Shown here: piece by piece, positions 16,603-28,000 of the stretch
How positions within the stretch are numbered: position 1 is the first letter of the stretch
Layout: the number at the start of each line of letters is the position of its first letter
IMG/VR virus record: IMGVR_UViG_3300046733_000629
Source of the DNA: a virus
Lineage: Duplodnaviria; Caudoviricetes
DNA: 64,000 bases
Direction: 5' to 3' (one strand)
The notes under the pieces: generated by a model
Seen by the model: only the letters and a program-made list of their open reading frames with translations
Database searches by the model: none
Told to the model about the DNA's origin: nothing
Made by a program: the position numbers and the translations under genes

Positions 16603-18975
16603 ATGGCAGACAAGTCACTAACAGCAATAAATTCTAGAAACTATAACCCAGGAAACTTGCGACCAAGTAGTAAGTATACATGGAATGGTGAAGTAGGACA
16701 GAATGGCGGCTTTGTTGTTTTTGACAGCCCAGAAATGGGAACACGTGCTCTTGCAAAGAATTTATATACAAGTCAAGAAACACATGGTAATAATTCAGTA
16801 CGTGATATTATTACCCGTTGGGCACCACCAAGTGAAAATAATACAGAAGCATATGTTCAAAAAGTTGCAAAAGAAATGGGAGTTAATCCTGATGCCAACT
16901 TAGGTAGCTTACGAGACAATCCAGCTACTACTAAAGCACTTGTTAAATCTATTACTAAACACGAAGGCGGCGGATTAGGAATTTACAACGATAAACATTT
17001 TGAAGACGGTATTGCACTAGCTAACGGTAAGTCAGCTGCTGAGATAGATTTTCAAAGAAAGCCAGAAAACTTTGAGCCACCAGCAGATGCAAATGATGGC
17101 TTTGCTGAAAACGAAGACGGAGATCTTGTACCACAAACAACTGTACCAACTAAACCAGAAATAGCTAAAAAACAAATTGAAAATATTGTAACTTCAAATT
17201 GGATGAGTACAGTTGATTCGCCACAATACATATGGACATTATTTCTTGTTGACAATGAGACATTTAACGATCCAAATAGTTTACATGGAAGTGAATCAGC
17301 AGTGTCTGCAGGTAAAGCAGTTATTGTTGCAAGGCAAGGAGTAACTACACAGTTCTCTTTAGATAACTTTGCAATGATAGCAACTGTAACACCAGGACAA
17401 GCACACGGTAATAGTACACCAGGAATCATTCAGTTTGATATAATAGAAACTTTGGGATTTACTTTTTTAGATAGAATAATAAAAGCCGGTATTGGGTTGG
17501 GAAAGCCTGGAAATTTACACGAACAAAACTTTGTTCTAAAATTAGACTTTGTTGGTAGAGATCCACTTACGGCTGCTAGTGTCAAGTATCCTGGAACTTT
17601 TATATATCCAGTAAAACTAAATCAAATAAGAAGTACAACAGGTCCTGAAGGAACAAGATACAATGTTATTGCATGGTCGTTAATTAAACATGCACAAACA
17701 GAAACTGTTACTGATGTAGATGTAACAGTTAAAAATGTAACAACTGTAAAAGAATTTATTGATGGGTTTGTAACAAAATATAATAGTCAGCAGATGGAAA
17801 TGTTATCTCCTGTAGATCAGAAAAATGGTAAAACTCCTGATAAACAAATTGAAATAAATTTTGATGAAAGTAGTAATGTTCGAGGCATCAAAGGATTAAT
17901 GAATTTTAATTTAGCAGTTAAACCTTGGGGAGCTACTGCGAATGCTGACAAGGCAGGTGGACAAGCTAAGAACTTAGATAATGCAGATGCAAATGATATT
18001 ACAATAGAAGCTGAAACATCCATACCAGTAGCTATTGGAAACAAGGTGCAACTGAATACTCCGGCATTTGCTGAGTATGTTAAGGAAGCACAGAAGATTG
18101 GAATGACACCAAGTATTGTTGTTGATTCAAAACCAGTTTATCCAGATAACTTTGCTGGAACAGGAACAGGCGCAGATGCATATGTTGGACCAATTAAAAT
18201 TATATACACAATTAAAATACATCAGCATTGGGCAGCACAAAATGGAGATAAAGCAACACACAGAAAAAACTTTGCTGATACTAAATTCCAAACAGAAAAA
18301 TTTAAAATGTTACCAATTGAAAAGAATTATACATTTCTTTATACAGGATTAAATACTGAAGTATTAAATTATCAAATTGATATAGAAAGTTTATATACAG
18401 TGGTATCAGTTCCACAAGCTGGAATATATCATGCAGACAAGTCAGAACAGTTTACTCCTACTACGCCTACTAAAATTACTAAGTACTTAGAGGATGTTCA
18501 ATATGATAAGATGCCATCAAATTATAACGATTACACAAAATTTATTAACAAGCCTTATTCAATTGGTGAACAACAAAAAAATGAAACAGATGCCACAGAC
18601 ACGTTAAACGCTAGTCTCGCAGCCAATATGGCAAAAAGAGAATATGATTCATATAACTTTTCAATGGAAATAAAAGGCGATCCGTATTGGATGGCAGGAT
18701 CGTTGCAATCTATTGTAGAAGGAGCAGACAGTCCAGATTACAGTAAACGAGATGCATTAGTATCATTTTTACAATACAATCCTAACGCAGAAGACTTATT
18801 AGAGTTTCAAAGGAGAGGTCCAGTTGATCTAGTATCAAGTGGAATATATAAATTAACAAAAATTGAAAGTAGATTCCAAGGTGGAAAGTTTACACAGACA
18901 CTGTCTGGATTTAAAGATCCAACAACAAATACACTTTTAATATTACCACAACTAATAGAAATATCAGGAGCATAA
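16603..18975 (+). CDS. Baseplate hub protein (gp27-like) with an N-terminal lysozyme-like domain
   Basis: N-terminus RNYNPGNLR...GTRAL...IITRWAPPSENNTEAYV (virion lysozyme-fold family); C-terminus MEIKGDPYW...GIYKLTKIESRFQGGKFTQTL typical of hub proteins. Confidence 0.7.
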   Translation: MADKSLTAINSRNYNPGNLRPSSKYTWNGEVGQNGGFVVFDSPEMGTRALAKNLYTSQETHGNNSVRDIITRWAPPSENNTEAYVQKVAKEMGVNPDANLGSLRDNPATTKALVKSITKHEGGGLGIYNDKHFEDGIALANGKSAAEIDFQRKPENFEPPADANDGFAENEDGDLVPQTTVPTKPEIAKKQIENIVTSNWMSTVDSPQYIWTLFLVDNETFNDPNSLHGSESAVSAGKAVIVARQGVTTQFSLDNFAMIATVTPGQAHGNSTPGIIQFDIIETLGFTFLDRIIKAGIGLGKPGNLHEQNFVLKLDFVGRDPLTAASVKYPGTFIYPVKLNQIRSTTGPEGTRYNVIAWSLIKHAQTETVTDVDVTVKNVTTVKEFIDGFVTKYNSQQMEMLSPVDQKNGKTPDKQIEINFDESSNVRGIKGLMNFNLAVKPWGATANADKAGGQAKNLDNADANDITIEAETSIPVAIGNKVQLNTPAFAEYVKEAQKIGMTPSIVVDSKPVYPDNFAGTGTGADAYVGPIKIIYTIKIHQHWAAQNGDKATHRKNFADTKFQTEKFKMLPIEKNYTFLYTGLNTEVLNYQIDIESLYTVVSVPQAGIYHADKSEQFTPTTPTKITKYLEDVQYDKMPSNYNDYTKFINKPYSIGEQQKNETDATDTLNASLAANMAKREYDSYNFSMEIKGDPYWMAGSLQSIVEGADSPDYSKRDALVSFLQYNPNAEDLLEFQRRGPVDLVSSGIYKLTKIESRFQGGKFTQTLSGFKDPTTNTLLILPQLIEISGA

Positions 18976-18976
18976 A

Positions 18977-20182
18977 ATGGCAGGCTATTTAAAACATGAC
19001 GGAGTACACGTATCAAATAGAGTTAAACAAAGCAACGAAAAAGGAACTAATACTCTTAGTGGAATTTATATTGCTCAAGTAATAAACAACGAAGACAGTT
19101 TATATACGGGTAGAATTTCAGTAAAGATTGCAGACTTTGGCTCAAAGGATAACACACGTATTTGTTTATTAGCAACACCATTTGGTGGACATACAGAAAT
19201 TAAAGAAAGCGGTGATGATGAAACTAAAGAAGCACAAGCACCTATAAGTTATGGAATGTGGCCACAGCCACCTGAAGTTGGAACTAATGTAGTTGTTGCA
19301 TATACTGGTAGCCAGGAACAAGGAATTGTTTTGGGTAGCCTCATAGCTAAAGATAGAAACGCTATGATGGGTGGCAATGCTAGTGGACAGGTTTATGCAG
19401 ACGGACAAAAAAGTTTAGGACCAGCAGTTGAAAAGAATCCATATGATCAGAATGATAGTGATACAAAACCATTAGACGAATTTAACCAAGCAGTATTAAA
19501 TGAACAAGGATTAAGTTTAGACTATGTAAGAGGACACAGTCAAAGTAGTGCTAGACGTGAAAGTCCAAGTAAAGTATTTGGTATAACAACTCGAGGTGGA
19601 CATACGTTTACATTAGACGATGGTGACGACGGTGGCAACAGTCAAAATATTAGATTAAGAACAAAAGGTGGAGCTCAGATATTAATGGACGACACTAATG
19701 GATTTGTTTTCATAACAACACAAACAGGTGATGCATGGGTTGAACTTGATCGTTCAGGACATGTAGATGTATATAGTAAAGCAGGTATAAGTTTTCACAC
19801 AGAAGGTGATTACAATGTACATGCTAAAGGAAGTATTAATATGCAGTCAGAACAAGGTGTTAACATTAAAAGTTCTGGAGCAGATGGAATTAAAGTAGAA
19901 ACAAGTGTAGGTAACATTGATGTATACAGTGCATTAGATATTAACATACAATCAGATGCCAATTACGGTTTACTTGTTGCAGGTAATCAAATTATAAAAG
20001 GTACTAGAATAGATATGAATGGACCAGAACCAACACCAGCTACAAAAACTACAATACAAAATCAAGGAGCTAACACAAGTGTCAAAGTATCTACAGCAAG
20101 CAGAGTTCCAGAGAAGCATCCTTGGAAAGGTGTTGAAGCTACTCAAGAATCATTCAAAGCAGGAAAAGGAAATACTGCATAA
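18977..20182 (+). CDS. Baseplate central spike (gp5/VgrG-like, no lysozyme insert)
   Basis: OB-fold GIYIAQVINNED...GRISVKI, SYGMWPQPP.VGTNVVV, beta-helix repeats, terminal RVPEKHPW. Confidence 0.8.
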   Translation: MAGYLKHDGVHVSNRVKQSNEKGTNTLSGIYIAQVINNEDSLYTGRISVKIADFGSKDNTRICLLATPFGGHTEIKESGDDETKEAQAPISYGMWPQPPEVGTNVVVAYTGSQEQGIVLGSLIAKDRNAMMGGNASGQVYADGQKSLGPAVEKNPYDQNDSDTKPLDEFNQAVLNEQGLSLDYVRGHSQSSARRESPSKVFGITTRGGHTFTLDDGDDGGNSQNIRLRTKGGAQILMDDTNGFVFITTQTGDAWVELDRSGHVDVYSKAGISFHTEGDYNVHAKGSINMQSEQGVNIKSSGADGIKVETSVGNIDVYSALDINIQSDANYGLLVAGNQIIKGTRIDMNGPEPTPATKTTIQNQGANTSVKVSTASRVPEKHPWKGVEATQESFKAGKGNTA

Positions 20183-20907
20183 TGGTTGATTTTATTTTAC
20201 CTAATAATATTAGTAGTCGTAACTTAATTGATTACACACTATTTCAAACATTGGATGCTAGTGCAGTTAATGATCAAAAACCAATGTCTGAATTAGAAGC
20301 TAGTTCTAAATTAATTAATTTAAAAATTAGAACAACTGGTTGGACAGGATACAATAAAGTTATTGACAAACAAACAGTAATCGGTTATGCTAATAGAGAT
20401 GACACTCTTCTACAAGGTAATGGTATCACCGAAGAAGATGCTTTCAATATATGGATAGAAGATTTCAAAGACAGAGAAAGAAGATTTAAAAATACATTCT
20501 TATTAGAAACATTATCACAAACACAATATGATGCAATGTTAAGTATGTATTTACAAACTAACACATTTAATGAAGTAGGTTCAGATATTAGAATGTTTGA
20601 TCTAAGAGAATTTATTGACAATAGACAATGGAATCATATTGCTACTGCTATGACTATATGTGGGAAGAACAGATTACAAAGACAAGCTGATGCAAAAATA
20701 TTAATGCTTGGCGATTACGGAACTAACAAAGATAGATCATTAATTAAAGAACAAGGCTTACAAGTATTGTATAAAGAACATAGTGCAGGTGTACTTAATC
20801 AGTTGCAAACCGAACAAGCAGAATATGTTTACTATGCAGAAACAAATAGATTCTTACCAAACATGAATGAAAGCCGTAAAAGAATTTTAGCAAAACAGCT
20901 AAGTTAA
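20182..20907 (+). CDS. GH24 phage-lysozyme-like baseplate protein, apparently lacking the catalytic Glu
   Basis: TVIGYA, GITEEDA, LSQTQYDAMLS and R...EA-like RQADA segments match GH24; the usual FEG position reads TTG. Confidence 0.6.
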   Translation: MVDFILPNNISSRNLIDYTLFQTLDASAVNDQKPMSELEASSKLINLKIRTTGWTGYNKVIDKQTVIGYANRDDTLLQGNGITEEDAFNIWIEDFKDRERRFKNTFLLETLSQTQYDAMLSMYLQTNTFNEVGSDIRMFDLREFIDNRQWNHIATAMTICGKNRLQRQADAKILMLGDYGTNKDRSLIKEQGLQVLYKEHSAGVLNQLQTEQAEYVYYAETNRFLPNMNESRKRILAKQLS

Positions 20908-20954
20908 TCCCCCACTGAAATAATTTAAATACTACTATAACAAGGAATAATAAC

Positions 20955-21500
20955 TTGAATCACGCCGTACTCTTACTTAACGCAGATGGAAACCCGTTAT
21001 CGATATTTCCATTGAGCACAATTAGCTGGCAGAATGCAGTTAAAGCGTTATGGGGTGACAAAGTACATGTTATTAAAAATTATGATAATCAATTCCTCCG
21101 GTCACCTACAGTAACTATTCCATTTCCAAGTATTGTTATGCTTAATACATATCATAGACAACCCACTAGAGCTAAGTTTACTAGACGTAATGTTTACATC
21201 AGAGATAATTATACGTGTCAATATTGCGGAGATAACTTTGCTTACAATGAACTTACACTAGATCATGTTATACCAAAGTCAGCAGGAGGCAGGCTAACTT
21301 GGGTTAATACAGTAAGTGCATGTGGTCCTTGCAATGTAAAGAAGAGCAATAACTCATATCCACTTCCAAAAAAGAAGCCAATTATTCCTACATGGCATCA
21401 AATTAACTATTCAAACAAGCGTCATACCCTGTCAATTCCCGATATTGCATGGCAAGATTATGTACAATGGCCAGAAGATAAGCTAATTTTACAATCATAA
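20955..21500 (+). CDS. HNH endonuclease (McrA-like)
   Basis: RDNYTCQYCG, LTLDHVIPKSAGG, WVNTVSACGPCNVKK; TTG start after AAGGA. Confidence 0.9.
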   Translation: MNHAVLLLNADGNPLSIFPLSTISWQNAVKALWGDKVHVIKNYDNQFLRSPTVTIPFPSIVMLNTYHRQPTRAKFTRRNVYIRDNYTCQYCGDNFAYNELTLDHVIPKSAGGRLTWVNTVSACGPCNVKKSNNSYPLPKKKPIIPTWHQINYSNKRHTLSIPDIAWQDYVQWPEDKLILQS

Positions 21501-21533
21501 TCTACCTACTTAATTATTTGCATAAATAGTTGT

Positions 21534-21917
21534 ATGAGCAATATAATTGGATACACAACAATAGATCAACCATACACGAGCAGCAATCTATCTAATATAG
21601 ATTTAGCGAAGCGTGATCTGCTAAACCATTTCCATATCCGTAAAGGAGAGAAGTGGACAGATCCTGAGTTTGGTTGTGACTTACCTTTATACATATTTCA
21701 ACCTTTAGATGACATCACAATGGATGCTATCAAGGAAGAAGTATTTGCAGTAGTAAATTATGATCCAAGATTTGTAGTAGATGATACTAATATCATTGTT
21801 AATCAAGATGCTCACTATGTTACTATTAATGTAAAGCTAACATATGTACCAACAACAACTGCAATAGATTTGCAGATCAAATTCGATAACGAATTTCAAC
21901 AGAACGCAGAGTTTTAA
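21534..21917 (+). CDS. Baseplate wedge subunit (gp25-like)
   Basis: KRDLLNHFHIRKGEK...PEFGCDL...IFQP...YDPR; late promoter 5 nt before the ATG. Confidence 0.88.
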   Translation: MSNIIGYTTIDQPYTSSNLSNIDLAKRDLLNHFHIRKGEKWTDPEFGCDLPLYIFQPLDDITMDAIKEEVFAVVNYDPRFVVDDTNIIVNQDAHYVTINVKLTYVPTTTAIDLQIKFDNEFQQNAEF

Positions 21918-21919
21918 TT

Positions 21920-24900
21920 ATGGCACAAAAAACTAGACAAACAAAATTATTTGCGGCAGAAGACTATACAGTTGTATATGAATCATATATTAATGCAAAC
22001 TTTCAAGCATTTGATTATGATACTATGCGATCAGCAATGGTCGAGTATGTACGTAACACATACCCAGAGAATTATAATGACTGGGTAGAATCAGCAGAAT
22101 TTGTATCACTACTAGATGTAGTTGCACAATTTGGACATAACTTAGCATACAGAGTAGACCTCAATGCAAGAAACAATTTCTTAACAACAGCCCAAAAACA
22201 AGAGTCAGTATATAAGCTGGCAGAGTTTTTAGGATATCAGCCAAGACGTAACGTGCCAGCGTATGGTGAGATGAAAGTTATTGCAGTTAAAACAAATGAA
22301 GCAGTTATTGGTAGTGCAGGAACAAGTTTAGGTGGAACTGAAGTTAAATATGAAATTACAAACAACTCAAGTAACTTAGATGATTTTATTACAGTATTAA
22401 ATGCATCAATGCAAAACAGTAATCAATATGGAAGTCCTACTAAAAGTTCAGTAATTAATAATATTAAAACAGATTTCTATGATTTAAATAATACACCAAA
22501 TCAAATTAAATTTGATGTTGAAGGTGTTGCACTTGGTAAGTCAGCAACGTTTAATATTGTTAACAGTGAATATGATAGTGTTAATAAAACATTCGTAGAA
22601 AAAATGCCAGACCCAGTAAGTTCGTTTGGAATTTATTTTAAAAATGACGGCAAAGGTATTAACAGTATTAATAGTGGATTCTTTGCAGGAGTTAAACAAG
22701 GATCATTAGCATACCAAGACTTTGTTATTTCAGATCCAATTGACAACGCAGTGCTTGATGTAACTGCAACAGACATCAACCAAAACGATGTATGGGTGCA
22801 GAACATTAACGATACTGGTAACGTTACTAAGCAATGGACAAAAGTTTCAGATGTAAATGGAAATGTAATTTATAATAATTTAGCTAACGGTGTTAGAGAT
22901 GTATACAGTGTTAAGACTAGAGAAAATAATCAAATTTCAATTGTGTTTCCAGATAGAGCATTTGGTAACATTCCAAAAGACACAATAAGAGTTTGGTATA
23001 GAACTAGTGCTAACAGTACATATGTTGTTAGACCAGATGACTTAACAAATAAAAAAGTACAAATAAATTATACAGGATTAGATGGAAACGTATACACACT
23101 TGTAATAACGCTACAACTAAAACAGCCAATTGCAAATGCAAGCTCAAATGAAACACTAGATAGTATTAGAGAAAATGCTCCTAGAAATTATGCTACACAA
23201 GATAGAATGATTACAGCAAGTGATTATAATACAATGCTTGGTGGTAGTAATGGTGGACTTATTAAAATTAAAAGTGTTAACAGAACATTCAGTGGACACA
23301 GTAGATATTCTAAATTTACAGACCCAACTGGTACGTATTCTGATTTATACTTACGTGGAAGCGATGCAGTAGTTTCGGAAAGCGAAAATTTAGTTTCGTA
23401 CTCAACATCAAGTTCAGATTCGTCAACACAAATATTTGAAAAATATGTTAAAAATATTATTGACAACGATGAATTTGTAAACTTATATTACACAAAATTT
23501 AAAACAACATTTGAAGGACTAGCAACTTCAGCAGGATATACTACAAACAAATTTACATGGGTTAGTCCTAGTACAACTGCAAGTGGTGCAAAGAATGGAT
23601 ATATTACGGATCCAAGCAATGCAGGATTAATTCAACGTGTGGGTGAAACTTCAGATACTTATATGAAGTATATAACACCAGGCGCATTAATTAAATTTAA
23701 AAAAGTAAATGGTGAAGAACTATGGTCTAAAGTTGTAAGTGTATCGATGAACGGATTAGGTATAGAAAACATTGGAGCACAAGCCGGTGCACCAACGGGC
23801 AAGCGTAAGGACGGTACAGGTGCAATTGTATTGGATAGTATTATTCCAGGACAAAGCACAATTGAAGTAATTTATCCAGCATTGTCTAGAAGATTTATTT
23901 CTAGAGAACGAGATATTATTAAAACATATTTAGATGCTAAAAGATCATTTAGTGTAAAATATAATTACAAAAATAAAAGTTGGGATGTTGTAAGTGAAAA
24001 CATTGGTAACATTAATGATGCATACCCAGATAATTTTGCACTAGGAAGTGATAGTTGGATTTTATATTTTGACTATACAGGCTCAGCATTTGATATTTAT
24101 TTGAGAACAATTAGATTTAATTTTACAAGTAGTTCAGTTAGATTAGGAAACATACAAAACGAATATGATTTAAGTTCGTATACTAAAAAAGCCAAACGTG
24201 ATCAAATAAAAATAGTTGATGCGGTTGATAATGCGATAGTAGAAACTGGAAAGTTTTTTGTATATGGATATGATCAGGCTAGCACTAACAATTATAGATT
24301 AGTATTAATAGATGGTAACGCAGATAGTAGACCAGATAATCCATTAGCATTCAATGAAGTAGTAGGATTTGGTAACACAACTAAATCAAATTTAAACTTT
24401 GAATGGCAACATGTTACTACAGATAATCAAGTAGTAGATCCTAGCTTTACAAATGTTATTGATGTGTTTGCATTAACTTCAGCATATGATACTAGTTATA
24501 AGAACTGGCTAAATGGTACAATTTCTACACAACCATCACCACCAACTAGCTATACATTATCGCAACAGTTTGGATCAGTTGAAGGCAAAAAAGCAATGAG
24601 TGATACTATTGTTTACAAGCCAGTTAAGTATAAACCAATATTTGGTACACATGCTGAACCAGAACTAAAAGCAAGATTTAGAATTATTAAATTATACGGA
24701 TCAAATATTACAGACAGTGATTTAAAATCAAAAACAGTAACAGCTATAAAGGAATTCTTTAGTTCATCAGAATGGGACTTTGGAGAGACTTTTTACTTTA
24801 CTGAGTTAGCGGCATACGTACACAAGGAACTAGCAGGTGTACTAAGTAGTTTTGTTATTGTACCACAAGGAACCGGAACAACATTTGGAGACTTATTTGA

Positions 24901-25003
24901 GTACACACCAAACACAGACGAAATGCTAATTGCAGATGTAACAGTAAATGAAATTGATATTATTCAAAACATTACAGACGAAAATATTAGAGCAGGAAGT
25001 TAA
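21920..25003 (+). CDS. Baseplate wedge subunit (gp6-like)
   Basis: FQAFDYDTMR, SEF..LLD..A..GHNLAYRVDLNARNNFL.TA...SV..LA..LGY.P, E.LDSIRENAP..YATQDRMITASDY. Confidence 0.87.
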   Translation: MAQKTRQTKLFAAEDYTVVYESYINANFQAFDYDTMRSAMVEYVRNTYPENYNDWVESAEFVSLLDVVAQFGHNLAYRVDLNARNNFLTTAQKQESVYKLAEFLGYQPRRNVPAYGEMKVIAVKTNEAVIGSAGTSLGGTEVKYEITNNSSNLDDFITVLNASMQNSNQYGSPTKSSVINNIKTDFYDLNNTPNQIKFDVEGVALGKSATFNIVNSEYDSVNKTFVEKMPDPVSSFGIYFKNDGKGINSINSGFFAGVKQGSLAYQDFVISDPIDNAVLDVTATDINQNDVWVQNINDTGNVTKQWTKVSDVNGNVIYNNLANGVRDVYSVKTRENNQISIVFPDRAFGNIPKDTIRVWYRTSANSTYVVRPDDLTNKKVQINYTGLDGNVYTLVITLQLKQPIANASSNETLDSIRENAPRNYATQDRMITASDYNTMLGGSNGGLIKIKSVNRTFSGHSRYSKFTDPTGTYSDLYLRGSDAVVSESENLVSYSTSSSDSSTQIFEKYVKNIIDNDEFVNLYYTKFKTTFEGLATSAGYTTNKFTWVSPSTTASGAKNGYITDPSNAGLIQRVGETSDTYMKYITPGALIKFKKVNGEELWSKVVSVSMNGLGIENIGAQAGAPTGKRKDGTGAIVLDSIIPGQSTIEVIYPALSRRFISRERDIIKTYLDAKRSFSVKYNYKNKSWDVVSENIGNINDAYPDNFALGSDSWILYFDYTGSAFDIYLRTIRFNFTSSSVRLGNIQNEYDLSSYTKKAKRDQIKIVDAVDNAIVETGKFFVYGYDQASTNNYRLVLIDGNADSRPDNPLAFNEVVGFGNTTKSNLNFEWQHVTTDNQVVDPSFTNVIDVFALTSAYDTSYKNWLNGTISTQPSPPTSYTLSQQFGSVEGKKAMSDTIVYKPVKYKPIFGTHAEPELKARFRIIKLYGSNITDSDLKSKTVTAIKEFFSSSEWDFGETFYFTELAAYVHKELAGVLSSFVIVPQGTGTTFGDLFEYTPNTDEMLIADVTVNEIDIIQNITDENIRAGS

Positions 25004-25006
25004 TAA

Positions 25007-28000
25007 ATGGCTAAGAAAAAAGCAGGACAATCTAAGGTAAACAATATAAAAACAAATAAGTTTTTACCAGGTGTATTTCAAACTGATCTAAATAAAAGTT
25101 GGTTAGATAGCACATTAGATCAAATGGTTTCTAAAGGACCACTTGATAACATTAATGGATACGTTGGATCTAGAAACGGTGCAACTGCAAATATTAATGA
25201 CTCTTATATTGAACCAAAGTTTCATATACCTCTTAGACGTAAGTCTCAACTAAAGCCAGGTGTTGTTAGTTATGATGATGATTTAAAAATAACTAATCAA
25301 CTTACTATAGATGACATTGCTCATTCTATTAACACAAATTTTGATGCATACAATTATAACTCTGCATACAATACAGAAATATATTCATACAGCCCACCAG
25401 TTGATGTTGACAAATTAGTTAACTTTAAAAATTATATTTGGGCAGAAGAGTTACCAGTATACGAAAGTATATACACGGGTGCTAGTAAAAATCCATTAGT
25501 AGATTCTAGACATCGTACATTATACACATTAACAGATGATAATAATACGTTCAGCGTTGAAGACCATATGCTTATTAAGTTTACTGGTTCAGGTTGGGAT
25601 GTAGCTGTTAAAGACAAAACATTTATTGTAACTGGTGTTGGTACATTTGTTACATTTGAAGAATTCAGAGATGAGAACACTAGAAGAGTATATCACAGTG
25701 TTGTACCTCACACACAAAATAATGATGGTATATGGGACGACAGTAAAGTTCATCGTGTCATCCCAAATAAGCAAAACAAATACTGGCAAGCCGGAGCAAG
25801 AAACTTTTTAACATTAATTAATGATTATAATAATGATGCTAGCCAGCTACCAATCTTTGATGGCTTTCATTTTACAGACTTAAACTCTAATGCAACTCAA
25901 TTAGTTGAAGGTGTGTTAATTAGATTTGATTCTGATGATTGGTTTTATAATAATGCAGAACAAAAAGAAAACATATACATTGTTGATAAATTTCCAAATG
26001 GATTATTATCACTTAGAGAAGTTGTAAAAGCAACATGGAGTGTAGACCATTGGACACTTTCTACAAGTCCAAGTGCTAAAGCAAGTGACATTGCAAAACT
26101 AAAAAACATAGCAAAGTTTGATATGAATGGCGAACTTGCGTGGGACTTTGGATTACCAGTTGAACCTATTTTAGATTATATAGTAATTGCTAAAGAAGAT
26201 TTATTTCATACAGCATGGAGCAGAGCTAACCACTGGGTAAACATCAGTACAGTTAGAAAACTAATGACGTTGTTACCTGATTATAACTTTGACGACATCC
26301 TATCAAATAAACGTAGAGCAAAAAGACCAATCATTGAATACAATGCAGGCATTAACTTACACAACAATGCAAGGCATCACGATTATGAAGATGACCCAAC
26401 ATACATTGGTGCAATAGACTTTGGTGTAACAGCAGGTGACGATATTAGCATCTTGCCAGTGGGATCAACATATGTTTACATAGATAGCACCCAAGATAAA
26501 GTTTATAAGTCAACAACTACTACACCAACTACAGTGCTTACAATGTCAAATAATTATTGCTTAACAATTAAGAGTGTACTAAATGCAAACAAACTTAATT
26601 GGCAACACAGTGACGTATGGTACGTTAACAATAAATTTACTCTAGCACAACAAAAAACAAAAGTCAACCAATATCCGCTTTATAAATTCTTTACAGATGA
26701 AGGCGTTGCATTTGAAGATATAGTAGGTACAAACTTTACAGGTGATAAAATATTTGGATACAAAGAAGGCACTGGTGCAATTGATCCAGAACTTGGATTA
26801 CAATTAAGTTATAAAGATTCTCCAAAAGGTGCTGAATATGAATTTGAGAATTTTATTTTAACAAGCAAATATAAAAATACATTACAAAATGCAGAGAATC
26901 CAAAAATAACATTTAATAAATCAGGACAAGGTTATAACTTATATAAAAGATATGACAAACTTGAAACTGTTTACAGACAGTCTGGAATGCCAGCTGGCGC
27001 ATTAACAACTGAACAATATAAAATTACAATAGGCGATAACAACTTAACTATTCCATATGGATATGATAATTGGGACAGAACACATGCATTTGTATTACAC
27101 AAGAAAAATGATAAGTTTACTTTGTCAAGATTAAATGTAGACACGGGCGAATTTTTAGAACAAGATGTTCCGTCTATACAAACAATACGTAAAAATACTA
27201 ATATTAAAATACATAACTTAACAACTGAAACTATACAATATTTCCTTCCAGGTAACATTCAAGTTACGCCAACTACAAGTTCACAGACTGTTGGCGGATT
27301 GGTAATTGAAAAAGATGCAAACAATGTTGTTGAGTTTTCATTAACTACTGACAATGTTAGTATTGTTGTTGAAGGTAAAGTATTATCAATGATTACTTCA
27401 ATTGATAATCAAGATGATTTAAATTATTCAATAACAAATAACGGAAATAAAATTAACGATTCGTACATTACAATAAACAATAATAATATTGTAATAAGTG
27501 AATTTGCATTTAAAGAAAATGATATAATTGATTTTAGTTTTAGAAGCAATGAAAATAAAACAGCTACAACAATTAGCTACCCAGAAGTTATGGAACACAA
27601 TGTACATAATGAATCAATAAAAACGTTTACAATAAGCGAGACACTTGAACATTGGGTTAGTAAATTAAATGTTAATCCAAATTTTGATGGCAACTCGTTT
27701 TCAGAAAATAATTATAGTAGTATAACACATACACCATATTATGGTGGAACATTATATATGCGTAAGCATGATAGTATAATGCACGACATTAATTATTCAA
27801 ATGAGAATATAGATGTTACTGGTTCATTAGTTGAACAAGGTGCAGATTGGATTTCATTTAGAAACAGAGTACTAGCACAAGTAAAAAGATTATATCAAAT
27901 TAATCCTTATACAGATATTAAAAGTATAACAGATGATTCAATTAGTGAGATATTAAAAAATAAAAGAACTATTGACTTACATAAAACTTCTAACATGTTA

